A DNA stretch of 64,000 nt from the NCBI GenBank assembly GCA_965205975.1, contig OZ242195.1, positions 416,001 to 480,000 of the forward strand, written 5' to 3'. The stretch's first letter is position 1; each line of letters starts with the position of its first letter. The notes beneath the pieces were generated by a model. The model was not told where the DNA came from. It worked only from the letters and a program-made list of their open reading frames with translations, and ran no database searches. This DNA is from Candidatus Latescibacterota bacterium (GTDB lineage Bacteria > Latescibacterota > UBA2968). Shown here one piece after another: positions 19,930-30,556 of this stretch. Both the position numbers and the translations under genes were made by a program.

Positions 19930-20964
19930 ATGTCCGCTATGAAAGCAGCACTTTACAAAGGTATCCGCGAAATAGAATGGCAAGATGTTGAATATACGCC
20001 CCCGACACCGGGTTATATCACACTGCAAACGAGAAGTTCTGGCATCTGTGGTAGCGATCTGCACAATTATTTTGGCGAGTGGAAACCTTCACTCGAACGC
20101 GCCGCAGGACACGAGTTGTGTGGCACGGTTGCCGAAGTTGGCGAAGGCGTTACGGGTATCGAGGTAGGGGATCTCGTTACTGCCGAATGTTTTTCGCATT
20201 GTGGTACATGTCATTACTGCGTTACAGGTCGCTACAATCACTGCGCCAATCGCAAGTGGTTTTCGGGCGAATCTCATGGTGGCTTTGCAGAATACACAAC
20301 TGCACACAAAAATAGTGTCTTCAAATTGCCCGATATGACTTTTGAACAGGGTGCGCTTGTAGAACCCCTCGCTGTCGCGCATCGCGCACTCGCGCAGGCA
20401 AAAGCGTCTTATCAGGATCGGGTCGCTGTGATCGGTGGGGGAACAATTGGCCAACTTTGCCTGGCGGTTGCCAAAGCTATCGGTGTGCGCGAAACGCTTA
20501 TCACCACCAAATATTCGCAGCAGGCCGACCTCGCGCGCGACCTCGGCGCGGATCACGTCGTCGATATCACGACGACCGATGTGAAGGATGTGGTTAAAGA
20601 CCTTACCGATGGCATAGGGTATGACGCCGTTATCGAAACTGTGGGCACCGCGCAGAACTTCGATGATTCTATCGCCATATCGCGCCGCCATGCCATGATC
20701 GTTCTCGTGGCCGGTTACTTCAAGCCCCTCGAAGTTGACTTGCGCCAAATTGTCTGGTCCGAAGTCAATATCACAGGCTCTAATTGCTACGGTTTTAGCG
20801 GCATGAGAACCGATTTTGATGTCGCTATTGACCTCATTACTTCTGGGCGCGTGCAGGCTACGAAACTCGTCACCCACCGCTATCCCTTTGCCGATATCGC
20901 CGAAGCTTTTCACACCGCCGCTGATAAAAAATCCGGCTGTGTCAAAGTGCATCTTGTAAAATAA
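19930..20964 (+). CDS. Zinc-dependent alcohol/polyol dehydrogenase
   Basis: CGSDLH, GHE, structural Zn Cys cluster, GGGTIG. Confidence 0.9.
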   Translation: MSAMKAALYKGIREIEWQDVEYTPPTPGYITLQTRSSGICGSDLHNYFGEWKPSLERAAGHELCGTVAEVGEGVTGIEVGDLVTAECFSHCGTCHYCVTGRYNHCANRKWFSGESHGGFAEYTTAHKNSVFKLPDMTFEQGALVEPLAVAHRALAQAKASYQDRVAVIGGGTIGQLCLAVAKAIGVRETLITTKYSQQADLARDLGADHVVDITTTDVKDVVKDLTDGIGYDAVIETVGTAQNFDDSIAISRRHAMIVLVAGYFKPLEVDLRQIVWSEVNITGSNCYGFSGMRTDFDVAIDLITSGRVQATKLVTHRYPFADIAEAFHTAADKKSGCVKVHLVK

Positions 20965-20976
20965 AAGGTGGGTTCT

Positions 20977-22179
20977 ATGGGCATTCGTCTCGGCATAGTT
21001 GGCGTGGGGGCATTTGCACAGGGTTTTATTTCTCTGTTCAATGCACATCCCGGTGTGGACCAGATCGTGCTGTGCGATCTGGATGCTGAAAAACGCCAGA
21101 GTAACGCCGAAAGACACGGGATTGTGCAGACGTCGCCGTCTCTCGATGATCTGTGTGATACGGATGTTGATGCTATCGCGATTTTTACCCAGAACTGGCT
21201 GCACGGGCCGCAGGCAGCGCAAGCACTTCGCGCGGGAAAACACGTCTATTCAGCCGTGCCACCGGGCATATTACTCGATGAACTTCGCGCTATTGTCGAA
21301 GCTGTGCGGGAAACGGGCAATATTTATATGCTCGGTGAAACGAGTTACTATTATCCAGCAGTGATTTACTGTCGGCAGCGATTTCGCGAAGGTGCATTTG
21401 GAGAGATTGTGTACGCCGAAGCCGAATATTATCACGACTGGGATCACGGTCTGTACGCTGTTGCAAAGTGGCGCGGCGGAGAAAATTGGCGCGAAACTGC
21501 TGGTGTGCCGCCCATGTTTTATCCCACCCATTCGACGAGTCAGATTCTCTCTATCACGGGCGCACGTATGACCCACGTTTCATGTCAGGGTTTCACAGAT
21601 CGCCACGAGGATAGAATCTATAAATCAAATAAGTGGAATAATTCTTTCAGCAATGAATCCGCGCTGTTCAAGTTGTCCGATGGCAGCACCGCACGCATCA
21701 ATGAATTTCGCCGTGTTGGACATCCAGGGACGGTGCGTATGACGATGTTTGGCACACAGGGCAGCTTTGAACACAATGCCTCGGGTGCTGTCTGGCTCAC
21801 AAAAGATCGGTCTGAACGCGAATCTCTCGACGCGCAACTCACCTGTCGCGTAGCGGTAAGACGCGTTGAGGGCGATATGGATAAGGTTACGGCAGACGAT
21901 GGGACGCATCACACCGTTGCGCCCGTTCATCCCGTTCACCGCTTGCCCGATGCGTTTAGAGGTTTGCCCAATGGTCACAATGGGTCACATCAGTTTCTGG
22001 TTGATGATTTTGTTCGCGCCTGTGTCTCGGGCAAGACGCCGCCGAACAATATTTACGAAGCTGCGCGCTACTTGATCCCCGGCCTCATTGCCCACGAATC
22101 GGCCCTCAAGGGCGGTGAGTTGCTCGATATTCCCGATTTGGGCGATCCGCCCACAGATAACCGATTGGAAATCGATTGA
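20977..22179 (+). CDS. Gfo/Idh/MocA family oxidoreductase
   Basis: LGIVGVG, GKHVYSAVP, YPTHS, GHNGSH. Confidence 0.85.
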   Translation: MGIRLGIVGVGAFAQGFISLFNAHPGVDQIVLCDLDAEKRQSNAERHGIVQTSPSLDDLCDTDVDAIAIFTQNWLHGPQAAQALRAGKHVYSAVPPGILLDELRAIVEAVRETGNIYMLGETSYYYPAVIYCRQRFREGAFGEIVYAEAEYYHDWDHGLYAVAKWRGGENWRETAGVPPMFYPTHSTSQILSITGARMTHVSCQGFTDRHEDRIYKSNKWNNSFSNESALFKLSDGSTARINEFRRVGHPGTVRMTMFGTQGSFEHNASGAVWLTKDRSERESLDAQLTCRVAVRRVEGDMDKVTADDGTHHTVAPVHPVHRLPDAFRGLPNGHNGSHQFLVDDFVRACVSGKTPPNNIYEAARYLIPGLIAHESALKGGELLDIPDLGDPPTDNRLEID

Positions 22180-22226
22180 TCAGTTGTGGGGAAGAGTAGA
22201 AATCATCCATAAACAGGGAGTTCGCC

Positions 22227-22964
22227 ATGTCTTATTTTTCCAACGAAGAAAAAGCCTTTTTTAAAAAAAATGGCTATGTTGTCAAACCCGATTTGATTGC
22301 ATCAGAGCTACTCAAAAATGCGCGGGATGCCGTGTGGGAATATATCGAGGCGGATCGCGATGATCCCCAGACATGGATTAACGCGGGCCCCAAAGGCAAT
22401 CTTCCGTGTAGCGATCATCCCGCAGTCGCGGCTATGAGGACAGATACACCGCTTTACGACATGGCCGAAGAACTCGCGGGTAAGGGGCGTCTTCGCTCGC
22501 CTGGCAATGGGCTGTGTAAGATGATCTATCCTTGTGGTCATACAGATTGGCAGCCGCCGCGAGGGCATCTGGATGGGTATCTTATCGAAGGTGTGGCGGA
22601 TACTTTCACCGTTGCCGTTACTATTAATATCAGCGATGTTTTGCCCCGTGGCGGCGGTTTTACCACATGGGCGGGGGCACATCTCAAGGTTGCCCGATAC
22701 TTTCAGGGGCATGCCCTGACTAATTTAAGCGGTCTCAAAGTGCCCGGTTTTTTACATCCCGATACGCGCTATGAACACGCCGCGCCTGCGGGTACGGTTT
22801 GCTTTTGGCACCACTATATGTTGCACACGGCCAGTATGAATTGTCGGACAGATATCCGCATGGCGATTGTCAATCGCTTTGCTTTCAAGAATCTGAGCGA
22901 TATCCTGTTCGATCTGCCCTTTGATCTGTGGGATCACTGGGAAGGCTTGCGCGATATCAACTGA
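22227..22964 (+). CDS. Phytanoyl-CoA dioxygenase (PhyH)-like Fe(II)/2-oxoglutarate oxygenase
   Basis: FFKKNGYVV N-terminus, HLD and distal H (MLH), conserved R. Confidence 0.75.
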   Translation: MSYFSNEEKAFFKKNGYVVKPDLIASELLKNARDAVWEYIEADRDDPQTWINAGPKGNLPCSDHPAVAAMRTDTPLYDMAEELAGKGRLRSPGNGLCKMIYPCGHTDWQPPRGHLDGYLIEGVADTFTVAVTINISDVLPRGGGFTTWAGAHLKVARYFQGHALTNLSGLKVPGFLHPDTRYEHAAPAGTVCFWHHYMLHTASMNCRTDIRMAIVNRFAFKNLSDILFDLPFDLWDHWEGLRDIN

Positions 22965-22976
22965 AAGGATGCCGTT

Positions 22977-23948
22977 GTGGCGCGAATGAAACGACTTGAA
23001 AAACTCGACGGCTTCGCCAATGTGCAGATGGTCGAAGTCGAACAGCCAGAACCCGGTCCCGATCAGATGCTGATTGAGGTCAAGCGCAGCCTGATCAGCA
23101 GGGGGTCGGAGCTATTTTGGCGATACGTCCGGGAAGAGGCGGTAAGTCCTGAAATGATGGGGTATTCCGACGCGGGTGAGGTCGTGGGCGTGGGGGCTAA
23201 TATCCAGGATTTCGCAGTGGGACAGCGCGTCATGGCGAATACCCCGCACGCTCAGTACGTCATTGCCGGCGAAACCGATAGATCCCGGCGCGCTTTCCTC
23301 CTTCCAGACGAACTCAGCTATGAGACCGCGACCTTTCTCCCACTCGCGACCAGTTCTGTAATGTGGATGCGCACTTCGCCAATAGAACCCGGACAGACCG
23401 TTGTCGTACTCGGCCAGGGGATCGTAGGTGCGCTGTGCGCTCAGATCGTCTGGGAACGCGATCCCGGACGTGTGATCGTCGTCGATGCACAGCCTCTCCG
23501 ATGCGATATCGCGCGGAAACTGGGGCACGAAAATGTGATCAATGTCTCCCAGACCGACTCCGTGGCGGCGGTCAAGGAACTCACAGATGGCAAGGGTGCC
23601 GACCTCGTCGTTGAGTGCGTCGGTGGCTACGCTGGCATCCAGTCCTTCGAACAAGCTCAGAAGATGCTCGCACCCAGGGGAACGATTCACCTCATCGCGA
23701 AGTATCAAGGTGCGCCATTGCCCCTGGTAGGGGACGCGTTCATGAACAAGCAGATCATCGCGGGCATCCGCATCGATACACCGAGAGAGGCGTGTATGCA
23801 GGATGCAGCCCATATGCTAATCGACGGACGGGTCAAAGTCGCCGAACTGATTACCCACAGACTCCCCTGGGAACAAACTCCGGATGCGTATCACCTGCTC
23901 TATCACAAGCCGGACGAAGCACTCGGCGTTATTCTGGAGTGGGATTGA
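22977..23948 (+). CDS. MDR superfamily dehydrogenase lacking canonical Zn ligands
   Basis: ISRGSE/GYS, GQGIVG, LITHR. Confidence 0.8.
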   Translation: MARMKRLEKLDGFANVQMVEVEQPEPGPDQMLIEVKRSLISRGSELFWRYVREEAVSPEMMGYSDAGEVVGVGANIQDFAVGQRVMANTPHAQYVIAGETDRSRRAFLLPDELSYETATFLPLATSSVMWMRTSPIEPGQTVVVLGQGIVGALCAQIVWERDPGRVIVVDAQPLRCDIARKLGHENVINVSQTDSVAAVKELTDGKGADLVVECVGGYAGIQSFEQAQKMLAPRGTIHLIAKYQGAPLPLVGDAFMNKQIIAGIRIDTPREACMQDAAHMLIDGRVKVAELITHRLPWEQTPDAYHLLYHKPDEALGVILEWD

Positions 23949-23975
23949 TCTGATTTTGAGCAGGGAGGAGACACT

Positions 23976-25172
23976 ATGAAGAAACTTCGATTGGCTGTTG
24001 TGGGGTGCGGTGCTTATGAAAGTTCCCGCGCCCGCGGATATATCGCGACGATGGTCAAGCTGGCCGATCTCTACGATTTGTGCGCGATCTGCGATCATAG
24101 CGAGCAGTCGTTACAGGTTGTTGGCGAGCGTTTTGGCGTTGATGCGCGATATACCGATTTTGAATCTATGCTCGATCGGGAAAGTCCAGATGTGGTTTTT
24201 ATTCTCGTTCCCACAGATGGACAGGCGGTTATGGCTTTGACGGCTGTTGAGCGCGGGTGTCATATTATCACGGAGATTCCCTATGCCCACACGCTGGCGA
24301 TTGGCGATGCAATTGATCGGGCGTGCCGGGATAGAGGGGTTGTTTGGGAGGTCGCTGAAAATGTCTGGCTCTGGCCCCAGGAACAATTAAAACAAAAGAT
24401 CGTTAGAGAAGGGTTGCTTGGGAAACTGACACATGCGCGTCTCTGGTACACGTCTGGTAGCTATCACGGGATCAACGGGGTCAGGATGATTCTCGACAAG
24501 GCCGCGACCCGTGCCCTGGGCTATGCACAATCGGTGGAGGTATTGCCATATAGCAATTATGGTGGGGTGGAGGAGACGAGCCGATGGTGGGAGAGTGCTG
24601 TTGTCGAATTCGAAGATGATGTGGTCTGTTTATACGAGATGTCGCCTGCCGGTGCGCGTGGCAATTTCTGGGATGTCGAAGGGGTGGAAGGGCATCTTTC
24701 GGGCCAGGAGTTGGTGCTTTATGGCGGCGGTGAACGCGCATCTTATCCAATTCGGGAGGTGTTTGAGGAGATTGACGGCGAGCAGGTTCTCTCGGCCGTT
24801 CGCGTGGATACCGATCCACCGGTTGTCTGGGAGAATCCATTCAAGTACCAGAAGGTTTCCCAGACGGACGATGTGGCTAAAGCCGCGATTCTCGATAGCC
24901 TTCACAGGGCAGTGACAGAGGGATCAGAACCGCAGTATTCTCCTGCAAATGCACGCAGGGATCTGGAGATCTGGATTGCGATTCGCGAGAGCGCGAATAA
25001 GGGGAGTGTCTGGGTTGATCTTCCGCTGATGGAACAGACAGATCTCGAGCTACGATTTGAAGCCGAATTTGTTCGGCAGTACGGCGGTCATCCCATTACA
25101 GATCGCAAGCGTCTGCTGAATGCGCCTTTCCAGCGTCTCAGTCCGCTGTGGACCGTGGCCGGTTGGTTGTGA
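23976..25172 (+). CDS. Gfo/Idh/MocA family oxidoreductase
   Basis: LAVVGCG, ITEIP (EKP variant), VAEN. Confidence 0.85.
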   Translation: MKKLRLAVVGCGAYESSRARGYIATMVKLADLYDLCAICDHSEQSLQVVGERFGVDARYTDFESMLDRESPDVVFILVPTDGQAVMALTAVERGCHIITEIPYAHTLAIGDAIDRACRDRGVVWEVAENVWLWPQEQLKQKIVREGLLGKLTHARLWYTSGSYHGINGVRMILDKAATRALGYAQSVEVLPYSNYGGVEETSRWWESAVVEFEDDVVCLYEMSPAGARGNFWDVEGVEGHLSGQELVLYGGGERASYPIREVFEEIDGEQVLSAVRVDTDPPVVWENPFKYQKVSQTDDVAKAAILDSLHRAVTEGSEPQYSPANARRDLEIWIAIRESANKGSVWVDLPLMEQTDLELRFEAEFVRQYGGHPITDRKRLLNAPFQRLSPLWTVAGWL

Positions 25173-25184
25173 TGCAAATTACTC

Positions 25185-25338
25185 ACTGACGTTACGAACA
25201 AGCACAATATCTGGTGCCTGTCATTCTGAGCGGAGCGCAGCGGAGCCGAAGAATCTATTACTTCAGAGGTAAAAGATGCTTCGTCAGCCTGACGGCTTCC
25301 TCAGCATGACAAAAACGCGAGGCATGCGTAACATCAGT
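25185..25338. repeat. Nested inverted-repeat intergenic element (REP/MITE-like)
   Basis: Outer IR ACTGACGTTACG (25185-25196) / CGTAACATCAGT (25327-25338); inner IR TGTCATTCTGAG (25219-25230) / CTCAGCATGACA (25300-25311) enclosing CGAAGAATCT...AGATGCTTCG. Confidence 0.75.
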
Positions 25339-25356
25339 TAATCAGATTGGAGAGAT

Positions 25357-26025
25357 ATGATGCGTTTTTTTCTGGTATTCTTGTCGATGATTATTGTTTC
25401 AGTTCAAACGGTACAAGCGCAACCGGCAGATGTGAAAAGTCATGTTGCGGCGCTTAAAGGCAAGACGTTCTGGATCAAAATCGCTTTTGTAGAGGTGAAT
25501 GACGGAATTCGAGGTATTGATGCGGCAAATGTTTTTGAGAATGGGGAGGTTTCATACCGCGCTACAATCGGCGGTTTTCGCCAGTCCCAATCTCAGTCGG
25601 CAGAGGATTTTGCCGAAGAGGTTCGGAATATCATTATAAGAGATGAGTTGTCAGGGTGGAGCGTGCGGGTGATCCAAAGGGGCGCGAAAGTTCAAATCCG
25701 AAAAGCTGAGGCGAGGGAGAAAGAGGTCTATATTGAACTCGACAGACTGTCAGGTGCTCGCCATGCCGTTCGCCTCAAGGTCAATAGGGATAAGTACACG
25801 ATTCCCGAAGTTGAACGCCTTTTCAATATCGCCTTTGCAGCAAGCGAAGCGGAATTAGAAGGTGCAGAGGAGACCGTTTTGCTCAAAATGAATATGTCTA
25901 TTGAAGAAGTGATCGCCCTGAAAGGCAAACCCAAAACGCGCGTTGACCTCGGCTCCAAAACCGTTCTCACTTATGACGACTTGAAACTGATATTCAAAGA
26001 TGGAAAATTGGTTGATGCGGAATGA
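25357..26025 (+). CDS. Hypothetical secreted protein
   Basis: Signal peptide (VQA-Q); C-terminus MSIEEVIALKGKP...LIFKDGKLV resembles BamE/SmpA-like small domains. Confidence 0.7.
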   Translation: MMRFFLVFLSMIIVSVQTVQAQPADVKSHVAALKGKTFWIKIAFVEVNDGIRGIDAANVFENGEVSYRATIGGFRQSQSQSAEDFAEEVRNIIIRDELSGWSVRVIQRGAKVQIRKAEAREKEVYIELDRLSGARHAVRLKVNRDKYTIPEVERLFNIAFAASEAELEGAEETVLLKMNMSIEEVIALKGKPKTRVDLGSKTVLTYDDLKLIFKDGKLVDAE

Positions 26026-26040
26026 AGTCTCTTCTTATCT

Positions 26041-26823
26041 CTACGCATTTTCCAGTACATCCCTCATTGCTTTGCCCTCTTCGCGGAACCATTGCATTAA
26101 GATGCTCACATCGGTTCCCACGCAAAAGTGTTTCACGCCCATGTCCAAATATCGCTTCGCGCCTCTGGCATCTCCGAGTTCCGCCCGGGGCGCAATGCCC
26201 ATTTTAAGCGATGTTTCGATCACGTATTTTTCCGCTTCTTGCACTTTTTCCCTATCATAGCCCGTGTTCAGAGAATAATCCCCTGGCCCGAATTGTATCA
26301 TATCTAAGCCCGGCACGGAAAGTAGTGCTTCCAAATTTTCGACTGCTTCTTTCTTTTCGATCATGATCGCAACAACGGAATCGCGACACGACTGAATAAA
26401 TTCAGCCCCCCCTGTATCTACACCGAACCGCACGTAACGGCGCATATTTACTCCGTGATGCCCACCATCCTCTGGCGTGTCGGGACGCACGGCTGCCACA
26501 CAGGCTGCCACATCTTCTACTGTACGCACGTCGGCGAATAAAACATTCTGAATACCCGCACCTATGGCGCGATTTGCAATATGTCCACGCGGGTCTTCCT
26601 CGACCTTGATCATTGCCGACATATCGTCGAATAGATCGATAGCCCGACCGATATTATCCATTGTGTGTAGATCATAAGGGGCGTATTCCGATACGTATTC
26701 GATGTAGTCAAACTGTCCTGAATATCCCACCATTTCAAATACCGATGGCCACGGGCTGTGTACGTGGGTTCCCAGACTGGGTTGATCGGCATTGAGCAGT
26801 TCTCTTAGCTTATTTCGGCGCAT
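26041..26823 (-). CDS. HpcH/HpaI aldolase family protein
   Basis: IMIEK, FGPGDY, VGTD; AGGAGG RBS. Confidence 0.85.
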   Translation of the reverse strand: MRRNKLRELLNADQPSLGTHVHSPWPSVFEMVGYSGQFDYIEYVSEYAPYDLHTMDNIGRAIDLFDDMSAMIKVEEDPRGHIANRAIGAGIQNVLFADVRTVEDVAACVAAVRPDTPEDGGHHGVNMRRYVRFGVDTGGAEFIQSCRDSVVAIMIEKKEAVENLEALLSVPGLDMIQFGPGDYSLNTGYDREKVQEAEKYVIETSLKMGIAPRAELGDARGAKRYLDMGVKHFCVGTDVSILMQWFREEGKAMRDVLENA

Positions 26824-26875
26824 GTTTCCTCCTTGGTGGTGTTATGGTAGCGCGTTTCATTTCCTATCAATACAC

Positions 26876-26910
26876 AAAAAAAGCGGAGAAACCCAGTAGA
26901 TTTCTCCGCT
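26876..26910 (-). terminator. Intrinsic terminator of the ACIII-oxidase operon
   Basis: AGCGGAGAAA/TTTCTCCGCT stem with a T tract on the minus strand. Confidence 0.75.
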
Positions 26911-26931
26911 CTCATTTTACGTATCATATTG

Positions 26932-27249
26932 TTATTGCAAATAGTGGCTCGCTGGCATGCCCAACCAGCCGCGACTGACGTAATCTGCCATTGCAAAGGC
27001 AAATAGGATCAGCAAAAACAAAATACCTGCACCTGCGAGCAACCAGGTCAATCGGCTGGCGTATTTGACGTGCATGAAAAACAGAATTACAATCGTAGCT
27101 TTTGTGCAGGCGATACCGAGTGCTACCACATCGTTAAACATGCCCAGGTCCTGGAAAGCTACCCAGACCGTTAGCGCGGTCAAAAACATCAAGGAGGCAA
27201 ATACAGCCAGATAGATGCGTACAGTCGGGCCGTGGTGATCATCAGCCAT
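26932..27249 (-). CDS. ctaF: Cytochrome c oxidase subunit IV
   Basis: LTALTV, KATIVILFFMHVKY; ATG overlaps the subunit III stop (TGATG). Confidence 0.9.
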   Translation of the reverse strand: MADDHHGPTVRIYLAVFASLMFLTALTVWVAFQDLGMFNDVVALGIACTKATIVILFFMHVKYASRLTWLLAGAGILFLLILFAFAMADYVSRGWLGMPASHYLQ

Positions 27250-27923
27250 CAGTGTCCTCCTCCCTGTGTGCCCAGAAGGTAGAGCAATGGAAATAGGAAG
27301 ATCCAGACAATATCGACAAAGTGCCAATACAAACCAAAAATTTCAACGGGGGCGTTGTATTCAGCCGTGTAAGTCCCCTGTGCAGTTTTAACAAATACCC
27401 AGATCAACAGACCAATGCCAATAATCATATGCAGGGCATGCATCCCGGTCATTCCGAAATACAGAGAATAGAAGAGAGCCAATTGGGGCGAATTTTCACC
27501 GTGCGGATGCCATACCAGGCCGGGGACCAAACCGTACTCGATCTTTGCGGAGTATTCAAAATATTTGACCACCAAAAAGGTAAGCCCTAAAATCCCGGTC
27601 AAAACCAGATAGACCATGATCCCCTTTTTATTTCCCTCATGCGACTTGTGTACAGCCATCGCCATTGTCAGACTGCTGACAATCAATACCACGGTATTAA
27701 ATGCTCCCAGAGGAATGTCCAGGTGGCTACTGCCTTCAAAAAAGGCTTCGGGATAATAGGATCGGTAGATCAGATACGTCGCAAAAAAGCCTCCAAAAAA
27801 CAGAATTTCCGTAATCAGAAAGCTCCACATGCCAATGATGGCAGATTCCTTCTGTTGCGGCATATCCTCGAACTGGTGGGCCAGTCCGTGCGGATGATCG
27901 TGATGTAGTGCGTGATCGGCCAT
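27249..27923 (-). CDS. ctaE: Cytochrome c oxidase subunit III
   Basis: FLITEILFF, TGMHALH, LYWHFVDIVWIFLFP. Confidence 0.95.
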   Translation of the reverse strand: MADHALHHDHPHGLAHQFEDMPQQKESAIIGMWSFLITEILFFGGFFATYLIYRSYYPEAFFEGSSHLDIPLGAFNTVVLIVSSLTMAMAVHKSHEGNKKGIMVYLVLTGILGLTFLVVKYFEYSAKIEYGLVPGLVWHPHGENSPQLALFYSLYFGMTGMHALHMIIGIGLLIWVFVKTAQGTYTAEYNAPVEIFGLYWHFVDIVWIFLFPLLYLLGTQGGGH

Positions 27924-29554
27924 TAGTGCTCCTCAATTGGTCCGTACTGATAGGCTTCTTCTGTCACGACAGGCGTTTCTTCAAAATTAAATGTGGGTGG
28001 TGGGGAGGTCGTTTCCCATTCCAGTCCTTTGGCTCCCCAGGGGTTATCGGATGCTTTTGGTCCCTTAAAAATTGACCATGTCAAATACGCGCCGGGAACC
28101 AGATACCCAAGGGCCAAAATTGATGCACCCAGAGACGATGCTACATTCAAGACCTGAAATTCGTCGGGATAGACGTGATAACGCCTCGGCATGCCCATAT
28201 ATCCCAGAATGAACTGCGGGAAAAATGTCAGATTAAAGCCGAGAAATACCAGCAGGGCCGAAACGCGTCCCCAGATGTCGGGAAACATCTTGCCCGTAAT
28301 TTTCGGCCACCAGAAGTGCATGCCGCCCAGATATCCCATTACCTGACCGCCAACCATAATATAATGGAAGTGCGCCACCACAAAATACGTGTCGTGCAGG
28401 TGAATATCCAGGCCCATACTCGACAAAAATAGTCCGGTCAAACCACCGACTAAAAATAAGCCCAGATACCCATACACGTAAAACATTGAGGTATCATATA
28501 TAATTGACCCCTTGTATAAGGTCGCTGTCCAGTTGAAGGTCTTGATCGCAGAGGGTACGGCTACCAGAAATGTGATGATGGAGAATACCATGCCAGCATA
28601 AGTCGATTGGCTACTCACAAACATGTGGTGGCCCCATACCAGGAAGCCCAAAATTGCGATGGCTACACTTGAGAACGCGACAAATTCATATCCAAAGACG
28701 CGCTTGCGCGCAACAGCAGCCACCATTTCGCTCATCACGCCCATTGAAGGCAAGATCATAATATAAACGGCTGGATGCGAATAGAACCAGAACAAATGCT
28801 GGAATAAGACGGGATCGCCACCGAGGTTCGGGTCGAAAAACCCAAATCCAAATCCGCGCTCGAGCATTAGCAGCACCAGCGTAATTGCGATAACGGGTGT
28901 GCCCAATAGCATAATTATGCTGGTGGCATAATGCGACCAGACAAATAGCGGCAGGCGGAACCAGGTCATCCCTGGCGCGCGCATGGTGTGGATTGTCACC
29001 ACAAAGTTGAGTCCCGTCAGAATGGACGAGAAACCCGCCATAAAAGCGGCCATAGCAGCCAGAATCACATTTGAGTTTGAATAGGTACTGCTATATGGCG
29101 TATAAAAAGTCCAGCCCGTATCAACACCGCCCCCAACCACGGCAATTGTTCCCAAAATACCTGCAACCACATAAACATACCAGCTCAGAAGATTGACGCG
29201 CGGAAAAGCCAGGTCTTTCGCGCCGACCATTATGGGGACTAAAAAGTTGCCAAGAGTTGCGGGAATGGATGGCACCAAAAAGAAAAAGACCATGATGATG
29301 CCGTGCATTGAGAAAACTTTGTTATAAGTATCCGAAGACATCAAATCGCCTTCGGGCGTCATCAGTTCAAAGCGAACCAAACTGGCAAATAACCCACCCA
29401 GGGCGAAAAAGATGGAAATCGAAATAATGTACAAAACGGCAATGCGCTTGTGGTCTTTGGTCAACAACCAGGACTTCAACCCATAACCGTTATTCAGATA
29501 ATTGACGCTCGGCGCATCTTCAGATGCTTGAACATCTTGCTCAGTGATTGCCAT
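27923..29554 (-). CDS. ctaD: Cytochrome c oxidase subunit I, A2 type
   Basis: WFYSHPAVY (YS motif of the A2 subfamily), [22 protein letters not shown]. Confidence 0.97.
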   Translation of the reverse strand: MAITEQDVQASEDAPSVNYLNNGYGLKSWLLTKDHKRIAVLYIISISIFFALGGLFASLVRFELMTPEGDLMSSDTYNKVFSMHGIIMVFFFLVPSIPATLGNFLVPIMVGAKDLAFPRVNLLSWYVYVVAGILGTIAVVGGGVDTGWTFYTPYSSTYSNSNVILAAMAAFMAGFSSILTGLNFVVTIHTMRAPGMTWFRLPLFVWSHYATSIIMLLGTPVIAITLVLLMLERGFGFGFFDPNLGGDPVLFQHLFWFYSHPAVYIMILPSMGVMSEMVAAVARKRVFGYEFVAFSSVAIAILGFLVWGHHMFVSSQSTYAGMVFSIITFLVAVPSAIKTFNWTATLYKGSIIYDTSMFYVYGYLGLFLVGGLTGLFLSSMGLDIHLHDTYFVVAHFHYIMVGGQVMGYLGGMHFWWPKITGKMFPDIWGRVSALLVFLGFNLTFFPQFILGYMGMPRRYHVYPDEFQVLNVASSLGASILALGYLVPGAYLTWSIFKGPKASDNPWGAKGLEWETTSPPPTFNFEETPVVTEEAYQYGPIEEH

Positions 29555-29560
29555 GACGCA

Positions 29561-30511
29561 TCACTCCATACTCGTGAGTTCGGGGGCTTTCAGTGATTTG
29601 ATGTAGGCGATTATTTGAATGATCCCTTCTTCGCTGATCTGACCTTTGAAAGTTGGCATAATGGGTTTGTATCCCGCCATGACTTTGGCGGAAGGGTTCA
29701 GAATCGATTCTCGAATATAGGCTTCGTCAACCAATGCAGTACCGCCGCCTTCCAGAGCTACTGTTTTGCCAAAAAGACCCACCAGAGATGGCCCGCGCCC
29801 TGTCCCATCCACCTTGTGGCAGGTATGACAGGCGTATTGTTCAAATAGTCTTTCTCCTGCCACTTCCATTGGCTCATTCGCGGTCCCGCCCGTCAACCAG
29901 GCTTCGTAATCTTGAGGTTCCAGGACATGTACTGTGCCAATCATACGCGAATGCTCGGTGCCGCAAAATTCGGCGCAAAACAGATGATACGAACCGACCT
30001 GCGTTGCTTTAAACCACAAATCGGTATATCGCCCGGGCACCACATCCTTTTTGACGCGAAAAGCGGGAATATAAAAGCTGTGCAACACATCCTCCGATGT
30101 CATAGTCAGGCGCACCGATTCCCCCAGAGGCACATGTAATTCGTTAATCTCTTTTTTGCCTTCAGGATGCTGTAATTTCCACATCCACTGTTTGCCCACC
30201 ACATACATTTCCATGGCGTTTGGCGGGGGTGTAATTAGATGAAAATATAATACGGTTGCCCATACGAACACACCCAGAGCGAGCACCGCCGGAATGGCGG
30301 TCCAAAATATCTCCAGGCCGAGATGCCCCGCAATTTGTCGCGGCACTTCGTCGTCCGATTTGCGCTGATACTTAATCGCAAAAATAACTACCAGGATGAC
30401 AACTAAGAGCGCGAAAAACACGCACAGTGCCAAAATGCCAAAGTAAAGCGCGTCAACCTGAAAGGCAAAACTCGAAGCTTGATCTGGAAAAAGAGGAAAA
30501 TCAGTCTGCAT
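29561..30511 (-). CDS. ctaC: Cytochrome c oxidase subunit II with fused cytochrome c (caa3 type)
   Basis: CuA motif DVLHS...CAEFCGTEHSRM and C-terminal CHTCH heme motif. Confidence 0.95.
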   Translation of the reverse strand: MQTDFPLFPDQASSFAFQVDALYFGILALCVFFALLVVILVVIFAIKYQRKSDDEVPRQIAGHLGLEIFWTAIPAVLALGVFVWATVLYFHLITPPPNAMEMYVVGKQWMWKLQHPEGKKEINELHVPLGESVRLTMTSEDVLHSFYIPAFRVKKDVVPGRYTDLWFKATQVGSYHLFCAEFCGTEHSRMIGTVHVLEPQDYEAWLTGGTANEPMEVAGERLFEQYACHTCHKVDGTGRGPSLVGLFGKTVALEGGGTALVDEAYIRESILNPSAKVMAGYKPIMPTFKGQISEEGIIQIIAYIKSLKAPELTSME

Positions 30512-30556
30512 GTGCCAACTCAAAAGTTAGAGGTCCAATGGACTTTTTTTGAAGCG

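Noticed and set aside
20089..21243. Long antisense ORF of 384 aa (also 42411-43205, 10012-10713, 23112-23813, 48485-49165, 13094-13837)
   Set aside because: These are shadows of well-supported genes on the opposite strand, with no recognisable motifs.
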